Source of the DNA: an uncultured Chloroflexia bacterium
GTDB taxonomy: Bacteria > Chloroflexota > Ktedonobacteria > Ktedonobacterales > Ktedonobacteraceae
Assembly: GCA_963717105.1 (NCBI GenBank)
Contig: CAVQVL010000012.1
Location: 122,577 to 186,576 of the forward strand
DNA length: 64,000 nt
Direction: 5' to 3'
Below are positions 20,486 through 30,109 of this stretch, one piece after another. The notes under the pieces are model-generated. The model did no database searches. It was not told the DNA's origin and saw nothing but the letters and a program-made list of their open reading frames with translations. Within the stretch, counting starts at the first letter, position 1. Each line of letters opens with the position of its first letter. The translations under genes were made by a program, and so were the position numbers.

Positions 20486-21100
20486 ATGAAAAAATATGTA
20501 TTGATTGCCGATCCCCGCGCAGCGTTTCGCCAGGAACTACGCGCTATGTTTACCCGACCGCCAGAGGAAGAACAGATACTTGAAGCGGCAACATACCAGG
20601 AGTTGCTTGATCAGTTGGCAATGCACACCTTTGACTTTGTCTTTGTCAACCAGATGTTTGTCACGGATATCACGATACTTCCACGCGGCAAATTCATGAT
20701 ACTGGCTCCTCAACCAGATATGCTGATGGTATTTGCCGCCCGTACTCAGGGTGCATGTGCCTGTTTTCAGGAAAATGCCTCTGTTTCCTTGATACGGCAG
20801 GTAGCGGAGCTTCCCGTGGGAATATTTCTCACTGACCCGGTCGTTTCCGCTCACCTTGAGGACTACCTGGCTCATCACTTGCTTTTATCCATTGCTGATG
20901 AAGAACTGACCACCCGTGAACGTGAAATTTTTCGTCTTTTGTGGGGCGGGCAGAGTAAACAGAACATCGCGAAGCGGCTCCACATTTCCGAAAATACGGT
21001 GAAGGCGCATGTCAGAAGCATTTACAGCAAACTCAATTTGAATCGCTATCGCCTGAAAATACTTTCGATCCTCCATGATCCTGACACGAAAAACCAGTAA
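20486..21100 (+). CDS. LuxR-family transcription regulator with a degenerate (pseudo-)receiver domain
   Basis: C-terminal HTH LTTREREIFRLLWGGQSKQNIAKRLHISENTVKAHVRSIYSKL. The receiver-like N-terminus has N where the phospho-acceptor Asp is expected (FDFVFVNQ). Confidence 0.8.
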   Translation: MKKYVLIADPRAAFRQELRAMFTRPPEEEQILEAATYQELLDQLAMHTFDFVFVNQMFVTDITILPRGKFMILAPQPDMLMVFAARTQGACACFQENASVSLIRQVAELPVGIFLTDPVVSAHLEDYLAHHLLLSIADEELTTREREIFRLLWGGQSKQNIAKRLHISENTVKAHVRSIYSKLNLNRYRLKILSILHDPDTKNQ

Positions 21101-21268
21101 GTGGAAGAGAATATGCCGTCCTGACAGCAAAGAGCTTGTGGAAGAGTAGCAGAGTAATCATTTGGGCGATTGTCTTGCACAAAAAAACCAGGTATACTCT
21201 TTCTGGTTGATACAAGTACCCAAATGCTTTTTCTGCTTTCTAGAGTGACTGTCGGGAGGATAGCGAGC

Positions 21269-21853
21269 ATGTTGCCCTTTGCTGTCATTGCTATCCGTTT
21301 ATTTCTACGCCTTTTTGTTGGAGTGATATTGCTGAGCGTCAGTGTGAGCAAACTCGCTCATCTCCGCCAGTTCCAGCAAGGCATCCAGAATTACCAGGTC
21401 GTACCATCTCCACTGGCATCGAAGAGAGCATTCTCGATGGCACTGACTATCGCTATTCCTCTGGCTGAACTGCTGGCGGGTCTCGGATTGATTACTGGCT
21501 TCTGGCTGTTTCCTGCTGCTCTGCTGGCCGTAGCACTGTTTGTTGTGTTCTGTATTGCCATCACGATCAATCTCGTGCGCGGTCGCCGCGACCTCTCCTG
21601 TCATTGCGGAGGGGCCATCGGCAATCACCTGATTTCCTGGTGGCTCGTTGGACGCAATGGCTTGCTCATTGTGTGCCTGCTCGTCCTGCTGGTCACGCCA
21701 CCTGATACGTTCACTGTCGCCTCGTTTGTGCAGAGTCCGTCCCTGTTGAATCAGTTCTTCGTCAGTACGATCGTCCCTGTAGCCGTCCTGGTAGGAGCCG
21801 TCATCGCCGTCATTGCGCTGTTCAACGCTGCACAAGTTTTGTGGCGTTCGTGA
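21269..21853 (+). CDS. MauE/DoxX-family redox-associated membrane protein
   Basis: Start at ATG 21269 behind GGGAGGA. Four hydrophobic helices, N-terminal LRLFVGVILLSVSVSKLAHL and the CHCGG motif typical of MauE-like proteins. Confidence 0.65.
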   Translation: MLPFAVIAIRLFLRLFVGVILLSVSVSKLAHLRQFQQGIQNYQVVPSPLASKRAFSMALTIAIPLAELLAGLGLITGFWLFPAALLAVALFVVFCIAITINLVRGRRDLSCHCGGAIGNHLISWWLVGRNGLLIVCLLVLLVTPPDTFTVASFVQSPSLLNQFFVSTIVPVAVLVGAVIAVIALFNAAQVLWRS

Positions 21854-21882
21854 GCAAGCAGCCTTGAAAGAAGGAGTGAAGC

Positions 21883-22470
21883 ATGTTGACACTCTGGATT
21901 GTCGTCATTGTCCTCGGGGTACTCGAACTTTTTGAAACGGTGTTGCTGGTGTTGCTGCTGCGGGCGTTAGGAGAAATGCGACAACAGGGCATTAGCCCAT
22001 CAGCTAGCACTGTACACCATCAGGATATGGGCGGACTGGCTGTGGGTGAAAAGGCTCCTTCGTTTGTTGCCACGAATCAGGAAGGGAAGCTTGTCAGCCT
22101 TGAGGATTTTGAGGGGCAACGACGAATTCTCGCATTTATTTCACCTGGATGCCCCGCCTGTGCCAGCGCAATCAGTATTTTTAATGCGATACTGAAAGAC
22201 GGAGGAGATTTCACCATCTTAGTCATAGGGGGTCCAGATCGTGAGCTAAACCGTTCATATGCAGCGAAGCACAGGCTACAGGTACCTCTCTTGACGCCTC
22301 AATCAAATTTCGATCAGGAAGAGTATCTCGTACCAATGATACCATTTGTCTTTGTACTTGATGAAACAGGTATCATCCGTGCAAGAGGCCCTGTCATTGA
22401 TCGTCCACACATGCACAACTTACTGGCAACAATAACAGTACCAGCTACTCGTGAACACGCCCGTAGCTGA
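21883..22470 (+). CDS. Membrane-anchored TlpA/MauD-like thioredoxin-fold thiol-disulfide oxidoreductase
   Basis: N-terminal TM helix, then GEKAPSF...LAFISPGCPACASA (CxxC). Confidence 0.75.
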   Translation: MLTLWIVVIVLGVLELFETVLLVLLLRALGEMRQQGISPSASTVHHQDMGGLAVGEKAPSFVATNQEGKLVSLEDFEGQRRILAFISPGCPACASAISIFNAILKDGGDFTILVIGGPDRELNRSYAAKHRLQVPLLTPQSNFDQEEYLVPMIPFVFVLDETGIIRARGPVIDRPHMHNLLATITVPATREHARS

Positions 22471-22769
22471 ACGCTTCAAAGAAGAAAGAACGAGAGGTCA
22501 CGAAGAATGGAGAAAAAAATGACAAACAAACTGGATGGCGTTGGACAAGGATTGCAACCGGTGAATTCACGCCGCACCATCCTCAAATGGATCGGGCAAG
22601 TCGTGAGTGGCGCTTCATTGGCGGCCATTGCTATCGGTCTTGCGGACCCTGAGAATGCATTTGCAAAGCCTGACTGTTATCAGTGTCCTACAGGTTGTGT
22701 GATTGTCTATTGTAGTAGTGGCAATCCACCTTGCAATCCGAATGCCCGTTACTATTTAACCACGTATTA

Positions 22770-23838
22770 CTGACATCGGCAGAGGGAAGTAAAGTGTGAT
22801 ACACTAGGAGGTATGGGAGCACCAAGAAAAGCCGATTGGCGAGAAGAACGACGAAAACGAGCGTGGCAGTTGAAAGAAGAAGGCTGGCACCAACAAGATA
22901 TTGCCAAAGCATTGGGAGTGAGCGAGGGAGCCGTGAGCCAGTGGATGAAACGGGGGCGAGCAGGAGGAGTCGAAGCCCTCAAAGCGCATCCATCCCCGGG
23001 AGTGAGGCCAAAGCTGAGTGCCGAGCAGAAAGCGCAACTGCCCACATTGTTAGTGAAAGGAGCCGAAGCCTACGGGTTCCGTGGGGACGTCTGGACAGCC
23101 AGCCGTGTGGCGGAGGTCATTGACCGCACGTTTGGCGTGCGCTATCACCGCGACCATGTGGGGCGACTGTTGCGTGAAGCCGGCTGGAGTCGACAGAAAC
23201 CGGTGGAACGAGCCAGCCAGCGCAACGAAGAAGCCATCAAAGAGTGGTATGAAGAACGGTGGCCCGCCATAAAAAAAAAGCCGAACAGGAGCAAGCGACC
23301 ATCCTCTGGGTAGACGAAGCAGGCTTTTATCTGTTACCGATGGCCGTGCGTACCTGGGCACCAGCAGGACAGACGCCACTCCTGCGTGTCAAACTGACGC
23401 GGGATCATCTCTCGGCAATAAGTGGCATCACCCTGGATGGGAAACTCTTTATGCAAGTGCGTTCCGCGTCGTATGATGCTGAAGCGATCGTCGGCTTCCT
23501 TCGGGTTCTTTTACGCAAGCTTCCTGGCAAGATCGTCCTCATCTGGGATGGTGCGCCTATTCACCGCGCTGGCGAGATCAAGGCATTTCTCAAGCGCGGT
23601 GCAGCCAAGCGCTTGCATTTGGAGCAATTGCCCGGCTATGCGCCCGATCTCAATCCCGACGAGGGCATCTGGAATTATCTCAAGCGCGTCGAGTTGGGCA
23701 ATGTCTGCTGTTGCGACCTGGCTCACTTGAAGACGCAGCTTATTCGAGCCAGAGAACGCTTGCGCCACAAAACCGACATCATTACGAGTTGCTCTCGCCA
23801 ATGTGGCTACGCAGTTTAGCTCTTTATCACGAGGTCAG
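22770..23838 (+). mobile_element. IS630/Tc1-mariner family insertion sequence flanked by a TA target duplication
   Basis: Ends CTGACATCGG... and ...CGAGGTCAG form imperfect inverted repeats (about 19 of 29 positions match). TA at 22768-22769 and 23839-23840. Two-ORF DDE transposase inside. Confidence 0.8.
22813..23819 (+). CDS. IS630-family transposase, two overlapping frames joined at an A9 run (23271-23279), consistent with -1 frameshifting
   Basis: ORF1 has an HTH region (WHQQDIAKALGVSEGAVSQW). ORF2 has DDE signatures (ILWVDEAGF, LIWDGAPIH, LNPDEGIW). ORF2 is in the -1 frame relative to ORF1. Confidence 0.8.
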
Positions 23839-23967
23839 TATTATCTTGGCGGTTGTATACAACCTGGACAGCAATGTCCTATTAAATGTGCCAAAGACTA
23901 TTGCGGTACTGGATGCACTTCTTTTGAGTGTTGTGCTTGAATGCCGCTAATATCATTTTGTGATTTT

Positions 23968-24020
23968 TCTAAAGTATATATGATCTGAATACAAACACAT
24001 TCGATCATATGTACTTTAGA
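23968..24020. terminator. 18-bp-stem hairpin (1 mismatch, 17-nt loop) downstream of the reconstructed Cys-rich ORF
   Basis: TCTAAAGTATATATGATC (23968-23985) versus GATCATATGTACTTTAGA (24003-24020). Confidence 0.45.
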
Positions 24021-24042
24021 AGAGGAGATCATAAGAGCATCT

Positions 24043-25353
24043 ATGGACAACGAGCAACCTTCTACGCATCCCAACACTGGAGCTGGGCAGCCAAAAGATG
24101 CAAGATATATTCCCGGTGAGCAGTCATCTGCATCTTCCCCATTGCCACTGACATATCCAGAGCCATCCATCCCTACCCCCCCACGTAGGAAAGCAGGGTT
24201 GCTCTTCAACATTGGTATCGCGATGCTCCTGGTCATCGTCATCGTGGTTGCGCTCTCTCCTGTGCGTGATGCTATCCTCAATCATTTCATTGGCCCCACA
24301 CCTACGCCAACCGCTCTTATCACTCTTGGCGACAACCTCTTCTACATTCAAGCCATACCGAAAGGAAGTATCTTTATTGATGAGCGGCAAATCATGCATC
24401 TTCCGGTAATCGGGAAAGACCATCCCTTGCAACTTTCACCAGGCAAGCATCAAATTCGCTGGGAAGCCGCACCGTTCAAGCCACTCTCGTGTATCGTCTC
24501 GGTGCCATCATCACCGACGAACGACCAATGCCCATATGAGTCAGTCACGCCACTCACCCCTGCGGAAAATGTTCGTCTCGTGACTTTTGACCCCTCGATA
24601 GCCAATCTGCCCACGACACAACGGGCAACTCTGGTGCATCAAATCCAGCTCGCGCTCAATATGCTGCAATCTACTACGATCGTCCAGCCCGGCGAAGCGT
24701 ATCTCTCGACCTCATCTGCTGGTTTACCGGTGATGGTGACAACCACGCAACAGTTGAAAGCCACTCTCAGTTTTCATCTTGACACTGATCCGGCTGCGAA
24801 CAGGTCATGCGAAGAATATAATGAGACCTGCACTTCACCTGAGGGGCAGAACTGTGTATTATTATGTGTCCTCCCAGATACCACCTTTGTCCCCAATTCA
24901 CCGTCATCCCATTCCCAGCCCCGGGCCACATTAACCTGGGAGATTGTAGGCTTGTTCTATCCCACCTGGACCTATACCACCACAGGCGGGCAGGTCGTGG
25001 CAATAAATCAACCCGATGCATTACCTGATCGGGTCGTCGGAGAAGACCATAGCGTTCTCGCACATACTACGTGGGATAGTACAGGCTGGCATGCTATCAT
25101 CATCACACCAAATAGCGATTGGCACGCTACTTCAACGACAGATGGGTCTCCTACGAACTTTGGCTTTGCTGATCCTACTTGTGGCTCGCTGAATGACTTG
25201 ATTAATGGCACAACTACTTATTTAATTACACAGAGAGACGGGACAGTCAGCTGGAAGTTGAAAGCAGGCACAAATCATGCTGCCGGTTGTCTGGGTGTCG
25301 TTACCCCAGAACACAATATGCCTTTTGTTTATTTCTCTAGCGTTTTGGAGTGA
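24043..25353 (+). CDS. Hypothetical single-pass membrane protein (Pro-rich cytoplasmic N-terminus, ~370-aa extracytoplasmic domain)
   Basis: 436-aa ORF with RBS GAGGAG upstream and TM helix LLFNIGIAMLLVIVIVVAL. No recognisable motif. Confidence 0.5.
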   Translation: MDNEQPSTHPNTGAGQPKDARYIPGEQSSASSPLPLTYPEPSIPTPPRRKAGLLFNIGIAMLLVIVIVVALSPVRDAILNHFIGPTPTPTALITLGDNLFYIQAIPKGSIFIDERQIMHLPVIGKDHPLQLSPGKHQIRWEAAPFKPLSCIVSVPSSPTNDQCPYESVTPLTPAENVRLVTFDPSIANLPTTQRATLVHQIQLALNMLQSTTIVQPGEAYLSTSSAGLPVMVTTTQQLKATLSFHLDTDPAANRSCEEYNETCTSPEGQNCVLLCVLPDTTFVPNSPSSHSQPRATLTWEIVGLFYPTWTYTTTGGQVVAINQPDALPDRVVGEDHSVLAHTTWDSTGWHAIIITPNSDWHATSTTDGSPTNFGFADPTCGSLNDLINGTTTYLITQRDGTVSWKLKAGTNHAAGCLGVVTPEHNMPFVYFSSVLE

Positions 25354-25615
25354 TGCTGGCGGCAAACGAGGCGGCCCATCGATATTTTCCTGGTGCCAGT
25401 TGCCAATGCCAGTGAACAGGCAATTGCGCAACAGATAGCGAACAAGGCAGAAGTCTAATCAGATGCTTGAGAACCGTTGGCATCTCGTGATATTATCACG
25501 ATCGTTGACATATATTGTATATATTCTTTCTATCACTGGCAGTACTCCCTTTTTTCTTTATTTCTTTCTCGCCGAAACACCTTGCGCTGATACAAACCAT
25601 GAAAGGCTACGTTAC

Positions 25616-28380
25616 ATGCTTCAATATGTTTTGCTCATGCTTCGTCGCCAACGAGGACGCAGTGTCCTGACCGGTGGCGGCTTTCTGCTTGCTGCCTGTG
25701 CTGTGATTTTATTAAGTGCCACCACCCAGACAACGGTCATCCAGGCCAGACAGATTATCAATAACAACTGGCGACCGAGCTATGATCTGGTTGTTCTTCC
25801 ATCACAGGCAAAGCTTCCTTCCGGGCAAACGGTTCCTGCCGATTTTCTGGAAGGATACAACGGGGGGATTAGCGTCCAGCAATATGAGCAGATCAAGTCT
25901 TTGCCAGATATCGCCGTTGCCGCGCCCATTGCCTTTCTCGGCTATGCCCTGTCACCTGTACCAGCACTCAACTTTGCTCCTCAGGCTCTGGCTCCAGGAT
26001 ACTATCGAGAAGATTTGACATTGACAGCTTTTAATGGGCATCAGCATATCATCGAGCGCCATGAAAGCCTTATCTACGGCATATTTGCGACCTGTGATAT
26101 TACCAGTGAAAGTGGCGCACGAGAAGCACTTATGCAGCAAAATGTTGAGGTAGGTTTCTGCGGTGTCGGGAGTACTGCGCCAACAGAATTTCCTTCGCTG
26201 GATGATGGAACCTTTCTGTTCGCGGCCATTGATCCTGCTGAAGAAGAGCAACTTCTGCATCTCAATCCCCAGGCCATCGAGGGGCGCATGCTCACCGAGC
26301 AAGATGGACTGACTTTAGCCAGAAAATTAACCGGAAATCTTGGGGATGAAATCTGACTATACGGTTCCAATGGTAATCAACCGTTCGCTGCCTGGCAATA
26401 TCGCGCTCAACGCGTCGTTGACACGCCTGGGTGGCCCGCTTGACCCGCAACAGGTGCTGGATAGTGGCGGCTATAGCTATTTAGTCCATCTTCCTCATCA
26501 GCAGACGCTGTTTCAAGGAAGCGTGCCACTGCTCCAAAATAACCCACAAGCCTTTTCCAGTGCTGACGTTAACATGGAATGGTCAAACGTGGCAGACTAA
26601 GAAGTATAGCTCCACTATAGGTGGGGGAAACAATCTGCTCTTTCTCTATACGCCTTCCGGTTTGAGCTACCAGTCAGTCGCAGCACCGGATGGACAGGTA
26701 GGATACACGCTTGTACCGAGCCAATCACAAAGTCCTGCATCCGTATTACAGTACGTTGCAGCTTGTTCCCCAGGAGAATACCAATCTTCCTTCCGACAAA
26801 CAGGGAGCAGAGGTCTATTTTCGTGATCTGCACGCCATGCACACGCTGACGGATACCTCTGACTCATCCAATAGTAGCGTCGAGTACTTTACGCATATCA
26901 TCGGGCAATTCGACGGGACAACATTATCAGCGCAGTTCAATAACGTGCTGAACTGGTTGCCGGAGAATACCTATGCTTCTCCACCTGCTGTGTTGCGCTA
27001 TGATGCTCAAGGACATCCTGTCACACCCACAACGCTGCTTCCCACCACCAATCCAGCCGGGTATCTCCTGCAACCACCGCTGGCCCTCACGACGTTGAAA
27101 GCAGCACAACAGATTGTGGGCAATCGTCTCATCAGTGTTATTCGCGTGCGTCTCAATGGCAATGTCACTCCTGATGAAGCGGGCTGGAAGCGCGTCTCAC
27201 AGGTCGCGCAAGAGATCTATCAAAAGCACAGGACTGCAGGTCTTTGTTACGCTGGGCTCATCTCCCGCACCTACGCTGGTCTATATTCCCGGCCTCAAGA
27301 AAGGCCAGGACGGCTCGACAAAAGATATTCCCCCGGTGGGTTGGGTGCAGGAACGCTGGATTGCGATTGGAGCAGGTATCGTCTATCTCAACCAGCTGGG
27401 AGAGACGCAACTGCTTGCTGCTGGGAGCGGTGTTGCTGGTCTGTCTGGGCTATTTAGCGGTGACCATGAGTTCGCTCGTCTCGGCCCAACGCCGCGAATT
27501 AGCGGTGCTGAGCGCATTGGGCTGGCGACCCTGGCACTCGGCAGGCATGTTCCTGGCGCAAGCCCTCGCCCTCTCATTGTGTGGAGGTGTGGTCGGCATT
27601 GGACTGGCATTACTGCTGGTCGCGCTGATCGGAGCCAGTCCCCGTGGCAAATCGTCGCCTGGACCATGCCAGGTGTGCTGGGGTTGGCCTTGCTCAGCGC
27701 CTTGTACCCCCTCTGGCAAATCTGGCGTATTCAGCCCGCCGAGGTCCTGCGAGCAGGCACGACGGTGGCGAAAGAAAGTACCACCTCGCGCCTCAATCGC
27801 TGGAACGCCTCGTTCTGGTCACGTTTGCCAGCCGTGGGCGGCATGGCCTTGCGCAATTTGACGCGCTCCCGCTTGCGAGCGGTGATCGCCATTGGCAGTC
27901 TGTTTCTCTCAGCAGTCCTCTTGACGGTGATGGTAGATGGCATTCTGGCGTTCCGGCAAACCTTGCAAGGGACGTTGCTCGGCGATTATGTCTTATTGCA
28001 AACGGCGGTGCCACAGATTGCGGGGGCGGTCTTTGCTGTCCTCTTGACCTTCCTGAGTGTGGCTGACCTGTTGTTATTGCAGGTGCGCGAACGCCAGAAG
28101 GAAATCGGCCTCTTACAGGCGGTGGGCTGGCGAGCGAAGATAGTGCAGCGCTTGTTTGTGCAGGAAGGCTTGATGCTGGCGGTGGTGGGTGCAGTGCCAG
28201 GGGTGCTGGTCGCGTTAGGTGTACTTGATGGCACGACATGCCGCACAGGGCGCCATACCCGCGCCACTGGTGGGACTAGGAGCGGTCGTCCTGATGCTCA
28301 TCGTGGCGTGGCTGGCGACGATTTCGGCAGTACGAGCGGTGAACCGCTTGCCCATGATGGATGTCTTGCGAGGGGAATGA
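25616..28380 (+). pseudogene. FtsX/MacB-type ABC transporter permease with a large extracytoplasmic domain, fragmented over at least 7 frame changes
   Basis: Colinear pieces in alternating frames: 25616-26356, 26340-26600, 26560-26826, 26711-27220, 27220-27420, 27420-27640, 27640-28200, 28200-28380. Two FtsX-like blocks (RRELAVLSALGWRPW; RQKEIGLLQAVGWRAKIVQRLF) and the typical ending NRLPMMDVLRGE. Confidence 0.7.
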
Positions 28381-28384
28381 TAGA

Positions 28385-29198
28385 ATGAAGGATAACATGG
28401 GACGTCGCACCAGGAAGGGGCCAAAGCGCGTGAGACTCAACAGCGAACACGATGAATCACTTGAACCATCTGAACAGCCGAAACAAGCAGAAGAACATGA
28501 GCAAGATGAGCAATCGGAACACGTTACTGATGAGCGTGAAACCATCTTGCGGGTGGAACACCTGGAGAAAGCATATGCCATTCCCGGCGGGCAATTGCAG
28601 GTGCTTGCATGATGTGAATTTAGCAGTGCAGCAAGGGGAGTTTGTGGCGATTACCGGGCCATCGGGGTCGGGCAAGACGACGTTGCTGGCGTTGTTGGGG
28701 GCGTTGGACACACCCGATAGCGGAGAAATCTGGCTGCACGATCAAGCGGTTCACAAACTGCGTGGCGTGGCTGCCGCCGATTTTCGCCGCGAGCAGGTGG
28801 GCTTTGTCTTCCAACTCTTCTACCTCTTGCCCAACCTGACGGCACTGGAAAACGTGATGGCCCCGTTGTTGCCCTATCGGCGCAAACTGGATTTTGATTT
28901 GAAGGAGCGGGCGAAAGAGTTGTTGGAGCGCGTCGGACTCGCGGAACGTATGGGCCATGCCCCGGCACGACTCTCTGGCGGCGAGCAGCAGCGCGTTGCC
29001 ATCGCTCGCTCCCTCATCAATCGTCCAAAGGTCTTGTTGGCGGACGAGCCGACGGGCAATCTGGACCCGCACACCGGCGTCGAGGTGCTGGATGTCTTGC
29101 GCGAGTTGCAACGGGCCGGCAGCCAGACGCTGATTATGGTCACCACGATCCCCAGGTGGCCGCTCTGGCCGATCGGCGCATTCACCTGGAACAGTTGA
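28385..29198 (+). pseudogene. MacB/LolD-type ABC transporter ATPase with an acidic N-terminal tail; frame broken near 28600 and near 29140; 3' end uncertain
   Basis: ILRVEHLEKAY (frame A), then GPSGSGKTT, LSGGEQQRVAIARSL and LLADEPTGNLD (frame B). After TLIMVT the expected HDPQVAALADRRIHL is found in a third frame. Confidence 0.7.
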
Positions 29199-29222
29199 GC
29201 ACAGGTGAGAGGAACTGGACAG

Positions 29223-29272
29223 AATGCATGAGCAGAGACAGTTGCCGTGGCAACTGTCTCTGCTCATGCATT
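29223..29272. terminator. Perfect 24-bp-stem hairpin (2-nt loop) with imperfect outer extension; overlaps the trmD stop
   Basis: 29223-29246 is the reverse complement of 29249-29272. It lies between convergent genes. Confidence 0.65.
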
Positions 29273-29986
29273 ATTCTCCAGTTCCTCCAATAGCTTCTTA
29301 TCCAGCTTGCCGCTCAGATCCAGTTTGGCGAAGAGGTCGGGGCGGCGTTGGCGTGTGCGGCGCAGCGATTCCTTGCGCCGCCAACGAGCGATCTGTTCAT
29401 GGTGGCCGGAGAGCAATATGTCGGGAACGGGCCAGCCACGAAACTGCGGGGGGCGCGTATAGTGGGGATATTCGAGTAGACCACTGCTATGCGATTCCTC
29501 TTGAATGGACTCATCTGTCACGACGCCGGGAATGAGACGAGCTACAGCATCCACGACGATCATAGCGGCCAGTTCGCCGCCGGTGAGGACGTAATCGCCA
29601 ATGGAAAGTTCGTCGGTGACAAGGTGTTCGATGACGCGCTCGTCTACGCCCTCGTAATGTCCACATAGCAGGGTGAGGCGCGGCTGTTGCGCAAGTTCGT
29701 GGGCAATCTCCTGGTTGAATAGTCGGCCCTGCGGCGTGAGCAAGATAATCGGGCCACCCGCATAGACAGACTCGACGGCGGCGAAAATGGGGTCGGGTTT
29801 CATGACCATGCCCGCGCCGCCGCCGTAGGGATAATCATCAACAATATGGTGTTTGTCGGTAGTGGCGTCGCGAATATTGTGCAGAGTGATACTGAGCAAG
29901 CCCCGCTCCTGTGCGCGTTTGAGAATGCTCTCGGTCAATGGCCCCTGGAACATACCGGGGAATAATGTGAAAATGTCGCAATGCAT
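29264..29986 (-). CDS. trmD: tRNA (guanine37-N1)-methyltransferase
   Basis: [17 protein letters not shown]...[17 protein letters not shown]...[11 protein letters not shown]. Start at the second ATG (29986), behind GGAAGGTGGGA. Confidence 0.9.
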   Translation of the reverse strand: MHCDIFTLFPGMFQGPLTESILKRAQERGLLSITLHNIRDATTDKHHIVDDYPYGGGAGMVMKPDPIFAAVESVYAGGPIILLTPQGRLFNQEIAHELAQQPRLTLLCGHYEGVDERVIEHLVTDELSIGDYVLTGGELAAMIVVDAVARLIPGVVTDESIQEESHSSGLLEYPHYTRPPQFRGWPVPDILLSGHHEQIARWRRKESLRRTRQRRPDLFAKLDLSGKLDKKLLEELENNA

Positions 29987-30109
29987 AGGTATCCCACCTT
30001 CCATTGTGTGTTACAATAACATCGTTGTCTCTTTCTGGCAAGTCTAAACATACAATGAAGCCGGAGGCCGATCAATCGGCCCTACAGCTTTTGTACACTG
30101 GAGCCTTCT

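Larger units (their letters stand above)
22507..23940 (+). pseudogene. Tat-signal, 12-cysteine small secreted protein gene interrupted by IS630 (5' part 22507-22769, 3' part 23841-23940)
   Basis: The 5' ORF encodes NSRRTILKWIGQVVSGASLAAIAIG...AFA (SRRxFLK-like Tat motif) plus a Cys-rich start. Its TGA (22771-22773) lies inside the IS. Joining at the duplicated TA keeps the frame open for 32 more codons (YLGGCIQPGQQCPIKCAKDYCGTGCTSFECCA) to TGA 23938-23940. Confidence 0.7.

Noticed and set aside
28620-29267. 215-aa minus-strand ORF.
   Set aside because: It is antisense to the ABC ATPase, which has Walker A, signature and Walker B motifs on the plus strand.
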